Notes: generated by a model not told the origin, from the letters alone. 64,000 nucleotides of DNA from Octopus sinensis (GCF_006345805.1 NC_043008.1:39184001-39248000); one strand, 5' to 3'. Shown: positions 1-14,447, numbered from the stretch's first letter. Numbers and translations: made by a program.

Positions 1-3000
1 GTAAGTTCTCTTTTTTCCTAAAGGTAACAATAGGTGGCACATCAATTTGAATATGACTAACAATAAACGATTGACGATCGAGAAACATTATGTCTATAGA
101 ATAAAGAATCATCAAAACGAATTCAATCATATTCTTCGAGGCGGCCGACTACTCCAGCGGTATTTGGTCGATCAGGCTGCAAGAATCGAATCTAATAACC
201 TCTCCTATTTGATACAGCATCAAGCTGATTTAAGGAGTATAACATACAAGGGACTAACGGATGCCATGAATGACAATGATGATTTTAATGACGTTGGAAG
301 ACAGATCTTACTTCCCTCAACATTTACTGGGGGGCCAAGATACATGACTGAATAGCAGATGTGTGTCACGGAAATTTCAAGGAGACACGCAACATTATCG
401 TTGTTCATTACACTTACGTGTAATTCCAAATGGAAAGAAATTACTCAAAATCTTTTTTCTGGAAAGGTTGCATCTGACATGCCAGATATGATATTACAAG
501 AGTTTTCCAACTGAAGAGACACGTGTTTATGGACTTGATTCTCAAGAGAAAACTTTGAGGTGAAGTCAAAGCACATATTCATACCACTGAATATCAAAAT
601 CGCGGATTGCCTCATTTGCATGTCCATTTTTGATTGCTAAACAATATGAGACCAAATGAGATTGATGACTGTGTATTAGCAGAAATCCCAGACCCTGCAA
701 CAAATAAGGAACTGCCTGATTTAGTCATTGCTCATATGATTCATAGACCATATTATAGTGCAGATTTTTCCTATGCTGGAAGAATGGATCATGTTCCAAG
801 AGATTTCCCAAACAATACTTTCAAAATATTGTCTGTGGAAAAGATTCTTATCCTCTTCACAGTCGGAGAGCAGTTGCAATGGAAAACAATCAACAACAAT
901 ATTATAATGAAACTCTTTTAAGAGCAGTCAAATGCCACTGCAACGTTGAAGTCGTCGCCTCATTGAGGTCAATTAAATATGTCATTAAGTACACGCTGAA
1001 AGGAAATGAGTAAGCTGGTGTTCAAATAAACAATGATAACGAAATTGATCAATATTTAATGGGTTGATACATTGAACCATCCGAAGCAGTTGCATCCATT
1101 TTTAGGATTTTTATTCATGAAAGCGCGCCTGCAATAGTGAGACTGCAGGGTAATCTACCAAAGGAACAAAGAATATTGCTCAGAAATAATGAGGATATGG
1201 ATGTCAATGAACGACATATGAGAACAACATTGACAGAATTCTTTTCATTGTACATCAATAATAACCTGTTGCTGAAGTACCCATGTATTTCACTTGGAAG
1301 AGAAGTAACAAAGAGTGTAAAGAAGAACGCGGGTGAAAAAAGGTCGAAAGCCATTTGAATGTTTGCAAAGAAAGAACACTTGATCATGCTTATGTTGTCA
1401 CACCAAAGGCAAGAGAACTGTACTATTTAGAAATGTTATTGCATGAAGTTCGTGGACCTGAATGTTTCGCCGTATTACGAAGGTAAAATGGGACGATCCT
1501 TCTTAACTTTAAGAGGTATTTAAGATGATCAGCATTGGATCAATACCATAAGAGATCTACTAACAAGGCTTCCTAAAGAAATGGGGAACATAGTGATCCT
1601 CATACATGGAGATTTGTCAGATCCATTAGCTCTTTGGGAGAAATTCAAAGATTCCATGTCAGACGATGAACTATCTTTGCTTATTATGTCAACAAATGCA
1701 TCATGAAGGATCACTGAAGCGTGTACAAGGAAAACAGAAATGGTTCTTAAAGAAACTCGAAGATTTCAATTTAACATTTTCTCACAATAACGAAGAAATT
1801 GAAGTTAAGCATGAATTGTTGCGTGAATTGAACTATGACATTGATGAGCAGCGAAATATTGTTGCGGAAAGAACACCACTGATTAATGAAGAGTAACAGG
1901 CCATTTATAATTATGTTGTCAGAGGTTTGAACACGAATCCCTCATCATTCATTTTCATTGAGGCACCAATTAGCTTAAGTCAAGAGTAAAGGTCAAATAG
2001 GTGTTACTGTTGCTTCATCAGGAATTGCAGCTACGTTGATGTCGGGTGGATGGACGGCTCATTCCAAATTCAAGATGCCAATCTTGATTCAAGAAAACTC
2101 AGCATTGATAAGAAATCCAACTTAGCATATGTCATCAGAAAAACAAAACTTACCGTTTGGGATGAAATATCAGCGATAAGAAGAGAATACTTTGAAGCTG
2201 TAGGCCGAACACTAAGAGATATCTGCAACAAAGATGAACCATTTAGCGGAATCATCACCCTCTGTTGTTGCAGACAACTTTTACCAGTTGTTAAGAGAGG
2301 GACAAACGTTAGTACAGTCAATTCAAGCATCAAAAGATTCACTTTATGGAAAAAGTTTGAAACATTTGAATTACATCATAACATGCGAATGAGGGATGGT
2401 CAAGAAGGATGTTCCTGATTCATTCTCAATGTTGGAAGAGATCTAATTTCCAAGAATGAAAAAAAAGAAATTAAGATTCCGCAAAATTTGATAAGTAATT
2501 CAAAAGAATTGCAAGAACGCGTCAAAGAAATATAACCATCATTTGAAGATCCGACGAACCTCTTCTCAAAGAACTGTATCAGTCACGAAGAATGACATCT
2601 TAAGTGCCATGAATAAAGAATGTATTTAATCATTTCCATGGTAACTGAAAGAATACAGATCTTTCGACAGTCTGTATGAAGAAGTTAATGTCACACATTT
2701 TCTATTGAAATTTTAAAATTCCCTGGAATTTTCTGGTATCCCCTCATAGGCTGAAACTGAAAGTCGACTCACCAATTATATTGCTAAGCAGTCTGAATTC
2801 ACTAAAGCTTTGTAATAGAACTAGTTCGATCGTACAAGAATTAAAAAAGAAAATCATCATTGCAAAAATTAATTGTGGAATATTTGCTTATGAAATTGTA
2901 ATGATATCCAGAATAAAGTTGAATTTAAGCGAAGAAGCGGCACTCTTGCAGAGGAAGCAATTCCTGATATTGTCATTTGCCATGACAGTTTACAAATCTC

Positions 3001-3170
3001 ATGGGCAAACTTTGGAGAAGGTCCTTTTATTTTTGAAAGAACCTGTTTTCAATCATGGTCAGTTTTATTTAGCACTAAGTCGAGTAAAAAGTAGTTATAA
3101 TATCAAAATATACCTCGGAGAGGGAACTAAACCAAAAAATATTGTAATGAAAGGGATTTTCGATTTATAA
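1..3170 (+). mobile_element. Decayed Helitron Rep/helicase (HUH replicator + PIF1-like helicase), many stops and frameshifts
   Basis: Collinear Helitron motifs: GGRLLQRYLVD..LPSTFTGGPRYM (47-355), EYQNRGLPHLH HUH motif (589-621), EIDDCVLAEIPDP..HMIH (634-750), HCNVE..SIKYVIKY (933-1004), VASSGIAA, VWDEIS..EPFSG..RQLLPV (2050-2418), FAMTVYKSHGQTL..VFNHGQFYLALSRV (2781-3170). Confidence 0.93.
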
Positions 3171-3189
3171 TTAGTTTTGAAACTATACT

Positions 3190-3590
3190 CTCTCTTTTTA
3201 ATCTTTTATTTGTTTCAGCCATTTGACTGTCGCCATGCTGGAGCACAGCCTCTAGTCGAGCAAATTGAGTCCAGGACTTATTCTTTGTAAGCTTAGTACT
3301 TATTCTATCGTTCTTTTTTTGCCCAACCGCGAAGTTACAGGGACGCAAACACACCAGCATCGGTTGTCAAGCAATGTTGGGGGAACAAACACTGACACAC
3401 AAACATATGCACACACATACATATAAATATACATATATTTTTCAGTTTCCGTTTACCAAATCCACTCACAAGGCTTTGGTCGGCCCGAGGCTATAGTAGA
3501 AGACAGTTGCCCAAGGTGTCACGCTGTGGGACTGAACCCGGAACCATGTGGTTGGTAAGCAAACTACTTACCACACAACCACACCTACGC
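3190..3590 (-). mobile_element. SINE family A (tRNA head GGCGCAGGAGTGGCTGTGTGGTAAG, internal microsatellite, GAAACAAGTAAAAGAG tail)
   Basis: Reverse-complement match to the plus-strand copies at 6745, 29674 and 42287. Confidence 0.9.
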
Positions 3591-5199
3591 ATATAAACTT
3601 AAAACAGAAAATTTGTCTCTGTTTTTCTGACTTTTGATTAAGATGAAAAAGATGAATATTTAATTTAAATTAATTTAAATGAAGTAGTAATTTTGTCTTT
3701 TAAGAAAAAAGAATCAAGTTGAAAATGTCACTTTGCAGTGGCGACAATCTTATGAGGTGCAGGCAGGCTGACCTCTTATTTCAAAAATGAAATCATAGTA
3801 ATCTATTTCCGCTCCCTCGACCAGCAGGTGGGAATGACTGGTACTTCAAAGCCACATTTTCTTTTTATTTCTTTTTCTTAACGAGAAAATTACTATGCTT
3901 TCCTTTAAAACTGCAGTTGTATTGCAAAAATTTTGGATTATGTTTCTTCCCTGTGCTGTCGGATGGTTTCTATATGTATAACATGCTTGGAATAAACTAA
4001 CGGAAGGGAGTCTCTGTCTGTTTTTCTGTCCTTTGAGATAAAGATGATAAAGATTACTATTTTAAATAAAATAGTTTTTTTTCCTTCGCCGCCGCGCATC
4101 GACATTTTCAACTTGGAGTGATTGTGACCCAAGGGATTACAGGTACGTCTAGTATATGGGTGTTTGTGTGAGCACAAAGAAAGTGAGAAAGACCGGAAGG
4201 AAGAAGGAAGGAACAAAGTTTTCGTAAATAAAAAGGAGAAACGAATCCAGGTAAACAAAAATGTCACAGGAATAAGTCAAGGAAAAAAAGTCACAGAAAA
4301 ATAGTCACGGGGTTTTTGTCCGGGGGGAACGGGTTAAAAAACAATTTTAGAATGACTTTTTTCTGTCAAAACGCTAAAAAGAACTGACCAACAAAAGAAA
4401 AACCAAGAAAGATTCAACCAAATCAAAATTTAAACCCAAATAATAAGTGAACAAAAATGCAAAACATAAAGATGCAAAACAACAAACATAAAAAATTAAA
4501 AGAAATAAAAATATAGGTCAAAAATCTTTTAAATTTTCAAAGGTCAAAAACACAACAAAAAATAATAGCTGAAAAACATTAAATACCTCAACCTCATTCC
4601 GAAATATTACACAAAAAAAAAAGAGCATCTGAAACTGAAAAAGCAAATAACTGAGACACTAAAAAGAAAGACTTCGCAAAATATCCCACTTCCATTGGGC
4701 ACGCACATGCACACACACAAACACGCACACACACAAACACGCACACACACAAACACGCACACACACAAACACACACACACACACACACGCACATACACCC
4801 CTTTTACATACACACACACATATATTCACGCAGAGCTGAAACGGTGTTTGATTTATTTTTTCAGCGTACTATTTTCATCATCCCACTACCAAGTATGACA
4901 TTACCCCTTCCTTCCTTATTCATCTATCACCCCTTTCTTTCTCATTCATAAACCTAAGAGTATCATTATAGTAGATCATCTCGGTAACAATGGGTGCTAT
5001 GAAAAAAAAAATACAAAGCCCAGCAACAGCACCGGATCATTCTACACATCTGTGTAATTTTTCGCGCAATTCCGCCCAGCCGTTTGACCGTGAGTGCCTC
5101 GTCTATGTCAAATTTATATGTATAGATACACACATACACACACACACACAAACACACACACATACGCAAACACATACATACGCACGCAAACACAACAAT

Positions 5200-5250
5200 C
5201 ACATTTGACACAATAACGTTCTTCAGAATCTGAAATCAGTTAATCACACA

Positions 5251-5285
<35 letters not shown>

Positions 5286-5483
5286 TTACACTCACACACA
5301 CATACACACACGCACACACACACACTTACACTCACACACACATACACACACACACACACTTACACTCACACACACACACACTTACACTCACACACACACA
5401 CACTTACACTCACACACACACTCATAGATAAAAGATTAACTGATTTGAAATTCTAAAGAACGTTGATCATTGAGTCAAACGTG
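5200..5483. mobile_element. MITE-like element: ~45-bp imperfect inverted repeats enclosing a (CA)n tract
   Basis: cacatttgac..aacgttcttcagaatctgaaatcagttaatc versus gattaactgatttgaaattctaaagaacgttg..gtcaaacgtg. Confidence 0.55.
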
Positions 5484-6687
5484 TCTCTTAGAGACATACT
5501 GTTGTTGCGTTTACACAAAGACATGATTGTTTTCCTTTTCCCCAGATTTGATGTCAAGGACGCGCTATCTTCTATTCAAAAAGTTTCTTTCGTTCAAGTA
5601 AAATATTAAAATGTTAATCATTGAAAATAATTCCATGCTGAAATTTACGTGAAACGCAGTCAGGGGTACGTGATGCAAGTCAGGAATAAAGTCGTAATTG
5701 AACTCATACATTCTCTCAGTACATAGCTAACGCACACACACACACACACACATAGACACACACACATACACGCACGCACACACACTCAGTGACACAAACA
5801 CACACCATCAAAGCTGAAGTGGAAGTAGCGGTACGAATTCAAATGAAAGTCTATCATCTTTCCTTCTCAGTATTCATTCGTTTCTTCAGCATCTTGTTCT
5901 TTTATCATCTCTTCCTTTTCACTTTATTTCGTATTTGTGATACTCTATAACAAATAAATATTTATATTTTTTCTATCTGTAGCACACACAAATACACACA
6001 AACACACACTATATGAATATTGTAAGGTGCATATACAACACATTAACAAAGAGAAATCTAGCTGTATCACTCCATATCCCTCAATTATAGAGGTTTGCTT
6101 CCATTACTTAGCTTCTCAATAAGGAATTATTTATTGATATCTAACTCTGTCAGTGCATCTAATCTCACACATATACACGCACACACACACTCATATAAGT
6201 GTGTGTAAATATATATATATATATATATATATGAATTAGAAGTATTTTTTCTAAATCTCTCAGAGATATACTGTAACTCTGCCAAACGGGCAACGCGGGT
6301 GTTGGGGGTTCCACCTCGTCTTTCTATTGTGGTTAGTGGTGCTGACGTTCTGAGGGAGACACTTAGACATCGATGACAGTCAACTTGCCAGTCTTTTTTC
6401 GGAGGGTTTTCAGAAATCCCTGACCTAGCAGTGTTACCGTGGAGCACTGCCTGTTAGAGTTAAAGCCTTTAGGCACGAAAGTGTAGCCACACTCTCGTGT
6501 CGGAGATGCGAGCAGAGCAATGAATGTGTTCTGTGGCCGCCGATTTCAAGTCTAAGGGTTTATGTAGAATACCTGCTGTCGCGTTGAGAGGAGGACAGTT
6601 ACCAACTGAGTCCATCATCAAGATTGTTCCGCCCCATTCCTTCAATAAGGAAGGGGAAAATATTTGTGCCTGTGTTTACGTGTATGC

Positions 6688-6726
<39 letters not shown>

Positions 6727-6744
6727 TGTGTGTGTGTATATATA

Positions 6745-7130
6745 GGCACAGGAGTGGCTGTATGGTAAGTAGCTTGCTTACCAACCACATGGTTCCGGGT
6801 TCATTCCCACAGAGTTGGGCAAATGTCTTCGACTCTGGCCTCGGGTCGACCAAAGCCTTGTGAGTGGATTTGGTAGACGGAAACAGAAAGAAGCCCGTCG
6901 GATATATGTATGTATATATATATATATGTGTGTGTGTGTCTGTGTCTGTGTTTGTCCCCCCCCCCAACATCGCTTGACAACCGATGGTAGTGTCACCGTA
7001 ATTTAGCAGTTCTGCAAAAGAGACCAATAGTATAAGTACTAGGCTTACAAAGAATAAGTCCTGGCGTCGATTTGCTCGACTAATGGCGGTGCTCCAGTAT
7101 GGATGCAATCAAATTGAAACAAAAGAGAAA
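6745..7130 (+). mobile_element. SINE family A
   Basis: A-box TGGCTGTATGG and B-box GGTTCATTCC; full body; sits at the end of a (TG)n(TA)n run. Confidence 0.9.
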
Positions 7131-7322
7131 AGAGATATGCATGTGTGTATATATAGTGAAACTGAGAGAGACAGACAGATAGACGTGCGCGCTTGTGTAT
7201 GTGTGTGCGTGTATCCTCTATATCATCATATAATTACTTTAGAGAGGAAGAGTAGATGAAGCGTGATAGGGAAAAGTGAGAGATGTAGAAAAATAGGTTA
7301 GATGGAGGGTGAAATAGAGGAA

Positions 7323-7364
<42 letters not shown>

Positions 7365-7527
7365 TAAATGAAATGACTGAGAACGAAATAGAAGGGGTAG
7401 GTAGGTAGGAAGGTCGATAGATAGATAGATAAATAGATATATAGTTAGATAGATAAATAGATATATAGATAGATAAATAGATATATAGTTAGATAGATAA
7501 ATAGATATATAGTTAGATGTATATATA

Positions 7528-8016
7528 GGCGCAGGAGTGGCTGTGTGGTAAGTAGCTTGCTCCGGGTTCAGTCCCACTGCGTGGCATCTTGGGCAAATGT
7601 CTTCTACTATAGCCTCGGGCCGACCAAAGCCTTGTGAGTGGATTTGGTAGACGGAAACTGAAAGAAGCCTGTCTGGCTGTGTGGTAAGCAGCTTGCTAAT
7701 CAACCACATGGTTCCGGGTTCAGTCCCACTGCGTGGCATCTTGGGCAAGTGCCTGCTGCTATAGCCTCGGGCCGACCAATGCCTTGTGAGTGGATTTGGT
7801 AGACGGAAACTGAAAGAAGCCCGTCGTATATATGTATATGTGTGTGTATGTGTTTGTGTCTGTGTTTGTCCCCCTAGCATTGCTTGACAACCGATGCTGG
7901 TGTGTTTACGTCCCCGTAACTTAGCGGTTCGGCAAAAGAGACCGATAGAATAAGTACTGGCGGTGCTCCAGCATGGCCGCAGTCAAATGACTGAAACAAG
8001 TAAAAGAGTAAAAGCG

Positions 8017-8053
<37 letters not shown>

Positions 8054-8274
8054 GTGTGTGTTTGTGTGTCTGTGTTTGTCCCCCTAGCATTGCTTGACAA
8101 CCGATGCTGGTGTGTTTACGTCCCCGTCACTTAGCGGTTCGGCAAAAAGAGACCGATAGAATAAGTACTGGGCACAAAGAATAAGTCCCGGGGTCGATTT
8201 GCTCGACTAAAGGCGGTGGTCCAGCATGGCCGCAGTCAAATGACTGAAACATGTAAAAGTAAAGTAAAAGTAAA

Positions 8275-8275
<1 letters not shown>
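7528..8275 (+). mobile_element. Compound SINE family A (duplicated 5' half and duplicated 3' half)
   Basis: Head at 7528 restarts at ~7675; 3' half occurs at 7860-8013 and again at 8065-8275. Confidence 0.88.
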
Positions 8276-8348
<73 letters not shown>

Positions 8349-9186
8349 GATTGATTGGTTGATTTAAAGACAGCGTTTGTGTAAGACACAAAATACAAAC
8401 CAAGAGTCAGTCAGAGAGAGAGAGAGAGAAAATAGAAAGGTTGAATGTTAGAGCAAAGGTTAAACAGTGAAAGATAGTGAGGAAATGTAGGGAATCGTAG
8501 CAACATTTTTGATATTACTGTCATAGAGTAATCTCTATACTTTTGAAGTGTAAAATTAGGAACTAAAATAATAGCATGATCAATTGTCAATCTCTATGTT
8601 TCAAGTATTACTTCGGATACTTCTTTCAAATGAGTTAGTTCGTGTAGTGAACGAAGTCTCTTTGAAGTGAGAGCGTTGTTGAAAAGACACTCGTAGTAAA
8701 AACAATTTAATAAAATATCTATGCCATAGGCCACGACTTTTCACAGCATGGATTCATTTCATGTGTGTATGCGTATATATGTAAGCGTGTGTGTGAGAGC
8801 GCGTGCGTGTACAGATACAAACACACACATATATATATATATATATATGTGTCTGTGTATGTGTGTGTGTGTGAACACATACATAATATGTGTGTGTGCG
8901 CATCTGTGTTGAAACAAAATGTCGGGTATGATGCTCGTTGTCTGAATACTATTATTATTATGTCATTGTAGCGACTTATTTTCGTGTCTATTATTTTAAG
9001 CAGCCTTCCGTTGTCATGTCGCTTTAGTGTACAAGTCTGTCGCTGCTATAAAAGCTACAAGATATACAACGTTCGATCCCTCAGACAGTGTTGCAGACTT
9101 TCCCTCTACCGTATTTGATGAATACCACGAAAGCTGAGATATCAGATGACAGGTCAACGTGTCATTGCAGCTACTTCGTCTAAATA

Positions 9187-9578
9187 CAGTGACACATCGC
9201 TGATACGAATTTAATTCGTTCCATGACAGAGCTCCTCTTACGATTTATTCGTTTTACAAACCAATTTTTTCCCATTGAAATTAACTAAAATATTATTAAT
9301 CCGTTCCAGCCCGCCCTATCCCCAAACCACTCAAAAATAATTTTTGTGGGGTTTTAAAGCAGAAAAGGTGTAGTTACAAGTAAAATGACAGTTATAAAAA
9401 AAAAAGAGAATGCAAAATAAATATGTAAACTGGTTTTATTAACTGAATTACCTTAAAGATGGTACGATTTGTGTGGTCGTAGTGCGGATTTCCGCACGTA
9501 CTTCAAGACTCGTACGTGTCTCGGTTCGTACAGCAAATCACACGTACAATGGGGCACTCGTTATGCGAAGTTCTACTG
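9187..9578. mobile_element. Tigger/pogo-type MITE
   Basis: TA|CAGT...ACTG|TA termini with imperfect ~23-bp TIRs. Confidence 0.6.
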
Positions 9579-9638
9579 TATATTAATTTTTATGGCCGAC
9601 AGTTCTCATATCACTTTGGTGTCATGCTTAGCACAACT

Positions 9639-9880
9639 GGGGGATCTTTACCTTTTGACCTACAGATTTAAAAAATAATTTTTTGTAACTAAACACTTTC
9701 AAACTTCGTATACTGGTAGAATGTGTCATATAAAACACCTTTTACTCTAAGTGTTTTTTGAGAAAAATTTATGTTTATAAAGTTATTTCGTGTTGAAGTT
9801 CTCATATTTCGGTAATTTCATCCAATCAATGACATGTATTCAGCTGAATAAAATTCCTGCTGTTGTTTGTCAACAAGAAC
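9639..9880 (+). mobile_element. Partial relative of the 10334-10866 MITE
   Basis: Shares gtaactaaacacttt..aaacttcgtatactggtagaatgtgt..caatcaatgacat with 10375-10530. Confidence 0.7.
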
Positions 9881-10333
9881 TTCTTAATGCTGGATGTTCA
9901 AGAACCAAATGGATTTTCAATCCCGGATCATCTAGATTCCAAAAAGGATTTCGCTTTTATTAATATAGATTAAAGCTATCACAGAATCAATCACAATCTA
10001 CTTTCTTTTAGTATTTGCCACAAAAGATGAATTTTACTGACTCTTCAATTATAATCTCAGCATTTCGAGTTATATCATCTGTATTTTTTCGTCTCATCAG
10101 AACAGAAAACCTACTAAGATTATTTATTAAAGATGAATTACCGAAGACGAGTAACTCGAGTAAAAGCAAATGCAATTTCGAAAGGTATTATGTTCACCTA
10201 GATGTAAATGCAATAAAATAATTAACGAACATTTTGATGATTCACATATTGTATTGCTATTAAACGATTTAAACTGATTGCTCGAAATTTCTGGTCGAAA
10301 TTCGTAATACAATATGAAATTTTTAGAAAATTA

Positions 10334-10866
10334 GGATCTTTTCGGTTTGAAGGGCAGTTTTTAAAAATAATTTCACGTAACTAAACACTTTTAAACTTCG
10401 TATACTGGTAGAATGTGTTTATAAAACATCTTTTTCTCTTGGCTTTATTGAGAAAATTCTATAGTTTGTAAGATATTTGTTGTTTTTTTCTTCAATTTCT
10501 GCAATTTCAACCAATCAATGACATCTATTGGGTTGAAAACATTCTGTGCCGTATGAATATGTCCCTCGTTTAAGAAACAGATTGGGTTTATTTACATTTC
10601 TGAAGACAAAAAGATACCCTTCGCCCCACCCCTAACCCTAACCCTAAAACAGATTGAAATGCAATAGATCGATACTAGGGTCATAATTATGGGTGACAAT
10701 TTAATATGACAAAAAGATACCTTTCCCCCTAACCCCCCTAATCCTAACCCTAACCCTAACCCTAAAACAGATTGAAATGCAATAGATCGATACTAGGGTC
10801 ATAATTATGGGTGACAATTTCATATGACACCGCTAGAAAAAACTGCCGTTCAAACCGAAAAGATCC
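10334..10866. mobile_element. Non-autonomous DNA transposon with 28-bp TIRs, 8-bp TSD and internal (CCCTAA)n
   Basis: ggatcttttcggtttgaagggcagtttt / aaaactgccgttcaaaccgaaaagatcc; TSD gaaaatta at 10326-10333 and 10867-10874; internal ~117-bp tandem duplication. Confidence 0.88.
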
Positions 10867-13258
10867 GAAAATTAAAAATTTTAGATTCAAACTTATGTGT
10901 CACCGATATCCAGCATTCTACTAGCTCTTCATTTCCCAGGCATTGTATGTGAAAACAGGCTCAACATCTACAACATAAAGGGCGATTACTTTAGTTTAGT
11001 TTTTAGTTTACTTTTCAATTACAAAAAACCCTTAAGATGTTGGCTAAAAATGTTTACAATCTGATCAGCGTCGAGACGAAGGTAGTTGAAACTTTTAGGA
11101 AGAAACGGCGTTTTAGATGTTAAAGAAAATGTTGCACCATATCATGATTGTGGTGGAGAAATGAAGGAAGCTCGAAGAAAAGGGAAAAACAGTGAAATTT
11201 TGCCAACTTTACTTTGCAAAACTCGCGGCTGCCAAACTTATCGGTCTATCCGCACCGGAAATGTATTTTTCTATTATACTGATTCAAATTAAAAAAATCT
11301 ATTGGAATCTTTCTTTGTGTCAAAGTTTAAAATTCATTTTTTTAATTTTAATCAAGATGTCTTTTCTGATAAGGTGTATCAGTTAACTGATAGAGGTACC
11401 GAATAATTATGATTTGTTTCAACATGTGTCGTGAAATTTGTTCACGAATTATTTCCGTTAACAATCGTGGAAAAATGGTAGGAACTGAGAAGAGCCTGTA
11501 AAAACCGATGAAGCTCAGTTTGCAGGGCGCTGAAAATACAACAGAAGCAGAACGCTGTAAGGAGACCATGCCCCTGATTCAACTAATAGCAAAACAAAAA
11601 TTAAAAAAAACAATAGAAACCATGGAAGATGCAGCAATCGCCCTTTAAGTTGTAGATCACATGCCAAATTAGTACCCAATTTACTTCTCTGCATACAAAG
11701 TATTCCCGAATACAGGTAAAATGTAATGGAAAAATTAAACAAAATAGCAGGTGTCACCGTTTTTTTTTTTGTGAGGAAGAGGGATTTGAGCTCAGAGTGT
11801 ACAGAGCCAGATATGAAAAAGTATCCTGACCAACAGTCCAGCGCCAATCCACCACCACCCAGGGTCGTTACTTTCTTTTTGCTGACCTCAAAAGCATGAA
11901 ATGAAAAGTTGATTTCCGTGGGATTTGAACTGAAATTATCGAGAGCCGGAACAAACGTAGTGAAACTTTTCTTCCAAATTTCCAACGACTTTGCCAATTA
12001 TACACACACATGTATGCATGTATGTGCATTATAATACACATGCATGTACGCATATGTGTACGTGAGTATGTACATACATCTGATTATACACATGCATACA
12101 TATACACTTATACATTTATACGTATACCACACACACACAGACACACTCACAGACAAATATGCATGTACTACATGCAACACTCTCTGTTTATGTCTGCGAT
12201 TGTTGAAATAAAACATTGATGCCCCGAATCTCACTATTCCTACTGACCTTATGAAGTCCATGAACGCTGACACTTACTGCAGATTCAACTTATTAAAAGT
12301 TACTTGCATGACAAACTTATTTTACCTTTACTTTCAATAGAATTCTTAAATTACTCGAAGGATAAATAAAAGTGAAATAGATTTTATTCATAAAATTTTA
12401 GAGTAAATTTTAAAATTGCATGATTTTTATATTAACTTCATATTTGTGGAAACGTAAAATTTTATTTTATAGATATATGATTTTCAGCCACCCACATATT
12501 AATTTTAGTAATTTATTTCAGAACTTTACTAAGAGTTTATCATTATTTTTCACTGGTGAAGTCGCATTTACTTGAGCCTCGCTGTACTGAATGTCGCTCT
12601 TTGTAACCCTGGATGTAGCAAGAAAAATTAAATATCTTCCCATATGAAATATTTGTAACGGAAAATTATGTGGTACAATCCTGTATATAATGTAAATAGG
12701 ATAACTATTATGGCTAAAGTGTTCCATAATATAATCCCCTTTGCAAACGAATCACAAATAAAACGAGAGCCTTAACAGAAATTTGATTCTGGTTCACTTC
12801 ATTACATGTAAATTTTTTTATGTACAATGCTAAACGAAATTGAAAGAAAATTAATACAAATTGTGCACCTAACTGTAACTGTACCAATCGTAATATTTGT
12901 TTTATACTATTAACGCAAGACAGAAATGTGCTACCGTGTTATCGAGGTATGTTTGGTTCCTCATAAAACAAGTACAAATTGGTTCCCGATAAACTGGTCA
13001 CTGTAATATTTATGGCATCATAGAGAGAAAACTTCATTGAAAACGTGATTGTGAAGAGTGTCTGAGAAAGTAACGGTTTTGTTACTGCATTTCTATTGAA
13101 ATACACTACAATTATCTTTAATATCTTTAACATTTTGTTTCAGTGGCCACGAAGAAGCACAACCTGAAAGGGTTCTTCTTCCTCGCCTTCCTTAATTTCA
13201 GTTTCACATTTCTGGTGCCTCTTCTTGTCGTGAGTATATATATATATATATATATATA

Positions 13259-13590
13259 CGAGCAAAAGGCCCCCACCGTCCAATGGACGGTGCTGTGTTG
13301 TCAAACATTTAAGCCAAATTTTCTCAAAACAACTTGTCCGACCGTCCCATAGGCCTCCCCTTTGAGAAACACGGATTTAACCTAAATTTGAGACACCAGC
13401 AAAAGAAGAAATAAAAAAGACTTTTTTCTATTCCAAAGAATGCTTTATTGATCGCATTCTCACCTGGAATCGATATTTGTAATTTTTTCAAGTATTATAC
13501 ACGCCCTGATACCGTCAGTATCTACATATCAAATTTGAGCGCAATCGGGTAGAGGATGCCCGAGATCCTAGAACACACACACACAGACAG
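13259..13590 (-). mobile_element. Non-autonomous Helitron-like element, internally deleted copy of 60454-61019
   Basis: Near-identical to 60454-60610 and 60865-60995; subterminal hairpin ccgtccaatggacgg. Confidence 0.75.
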
Positions 13591-13649
13591 CATGTATGTA
13601 TGTATGTATGTGTGTATGTATGTATGTATGTTTGTATGTATGTATGTGT

Positions 13650-13970
13650 GAGGGCGCGTGGCTTAGTGGTTAGGGCATTCGGCTCATGATCGTAAGGTTG
13701 TGAGTTCGATTCCCGGCGACGCGTTGTGTCCTTGAGCAAGACACTTTATTTCATGTTGCTCCAGTCCACTCAGCTGGCAAAAATGAGTTGTACTTGTACT
13801 TCAAAGGGTCAGCCTTGTCACTCTCTGTGTCACGCTGATTATCCCCGAGAACTACGTTAAGGGTACACGTGTCTGTGGAATGCTCAGCCATTTGCACGTT
13901 AATTTCACGAGCAAGCTGTTCCGTTGATCGTATCAGCTGGGACCCTCGTCGTCGTAACCGGCGGAGTCTT
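13650..13970 (+). mobile_element. SINE family C (tRNA head plus V/CORE-like GTGTCCTTGAGCAAGACACTT domain) inserted in (TATG)n
   Basis: A-box TGGCTTAGTGG, B-box GAGTTCGATTCC; (tatg)n on both sides. Confidence 0.85.
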
Positions 13971-14018
13971 TTTTAATGTATGTATGTATGCATGCATGTA
14001 TGTATGTATGTTTGTATG

Positions 14019-14052
<34 letters not shown>

Positions 14053-14447
14053 TGTATGTATGTATGTATGTATGTATGTATGTATGCAAGAGTTAAAGAA
14101 CGGATAAGATTCGGGCTACATATGTTGCATAGCGAGCGGAACCTCGGAAGTGGTAAATATCCAAGGGAGGTGTATACCACAGGCTACTCGTCAGGACAGG
14201 GTTATCTTGATTAAATGAAGTTTATATTATCTCATGTAGGTAAATGGAAGATTCGATTGGAATATGTAGAGGGCACTGTTAGATTGGAGAATATGAATGT
14301 TGAGAGAAATTAGGAACATAAGAATATTTTCCTGAGCACCAGGATCCAACTTGTGTCTTGGTATCTCTTGTCTGGGGCTAAAAAATGTTGGTTGCAGTTT
14401 TGTTTGCATGGGCTGTCTGAGAGGTTGTATGTGATTGGTCCGGGGGA

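Noticed and set aside
1-3170. Functional host PIF1 helicase gene
   Set aside because: It is linked to HUH Rep motifs, shows no intron structure and has many stops and frameshifts: a dead Helitron.
10630-10764. True telomere or chromosome fusion scar
   Set aside because: Only a few units, and they are internal to a TSD-flanked transposon.
11400-11997. 160-aa minus-strand ORF or possible exon
   Set aside because: No recognisable domain or convincing splice pattern; probably an eroded repeat.
13650-13730. tRNA-like sequences (also 37729, 50830, 52045)
   Set aside because: They lack a complete acceptor stem and continue into SINE bodies, so they are SINE heads rather than tRNA genes.
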